Notes under the pieces: generated by a model
Databases searched by the model: none
The model's input: the letters and a program-made list of their open reading frames with translations, nothing else
What the model was told of the DNA's origin: nothing
NCBI GenBank assembly: GCA_965644495.1
Contig: CBFFSA010000001.1
Span: 806,001-870,000, forward strand
Length of the DNA: 64,000 nt
DNA from: Perkinsela sp. CCAP 1560/9
Lineage: Eukaryota; Protista; Euglenozoa: Kinetoplastea
Direction: 5' to 3'
Translations under genes and position numbers: made by a program
Shown: piece by piece, positions 63,615 through 64,000 of the stretch
Position numbering within the stretch: the stretch's first letter is position 1
Layout: the number at the start of each line of letters is the position of its first letter

Positions 63615-64000
63615 TTACGATCGGGATCGATGACGCTGAAAGGCTTCTAATATGATGGGTTCCGTTTGTAGGTATGCCTCGAGTTCATTCAACGCGCTCG
63701 AAACGCGAGCTACTGTTGGAAACGCTGGTACATCCGAAAAATGCTTCAGAACGTCACGAATAGGTCCGCATTGCTTAAGGAATCGATGCCCTTCCACCGC
63801 GATCGCGTCAATGGCCCCCTCTTCTTTTAGAATTACCCAGTACTGTTCGATCGAAGACGGTGGAGCCCTGTTCTTGGCGCAAATTTCCACCACAAATTTT
63901 GCAATTGTCGGTGCTTTTTGCGCGATATACTCAACGGAAGTGAATTTATCGGAAATCCATCGTGCAACTCCTCCCAGTACAGGGGTAGCCCTCACCTTGG
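63615..64000 (-). pseudogene. Possible hAT-like transposase fragment running off the window edge
   Basis: PVLGGVARWISDKF resembles the hAT TRW motif. It is on the - strand next to a C-tract/G-tract element end at 63414. Confidence 0.3.

Overview
This is eukaryotic nuclear DNA, almost certainly from a kinetoplastid. About 30 intronless host genes all lie on the + strand, like one directional gene cluster. Markers include trypanothione reductase, a KAP-like kinetoplast DNA protein, a divergent histone H4 and single-hairpin AGA-box snoRNA candidates. The short LRR gene family and the Merlin relic suggest an early-branching, Perkinsela-like lineage (inference). Recognisable host genes are a 10-finger RanBP2 protein, Rad1-like clamp, mL44-like protein, Nup107/84, UBC4-type E2, 5'-nucleotidase, EndoG-like nuclease, SBP2, XRN, UTP7, RRP15, HAP2/GCS1 and a YceI-like protein. 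AT-rich gaps hold DNA transposons and relics, all coded on the - strand. The first highlight is an intact bacterial-type IS30 element (15726-17170) with triplicated end motifs and possible eukaryotic RNA-processing signals, nested in a second TGT...ACA element. The second is a set of extreme C-rich to G-rich strand-skew islands centred inside genes at roughly 8 or 16 kb spacing. Other notable items are a clear SBP2, a HAP2 with a mucin-like insert, a SAP+Ulp1 protease pseudogene, a MITE flanked by a 22-bp duplication, and a gene duplication bounded almost exactly by its CDS. All assignments are by eye from motifs; no searches were run.
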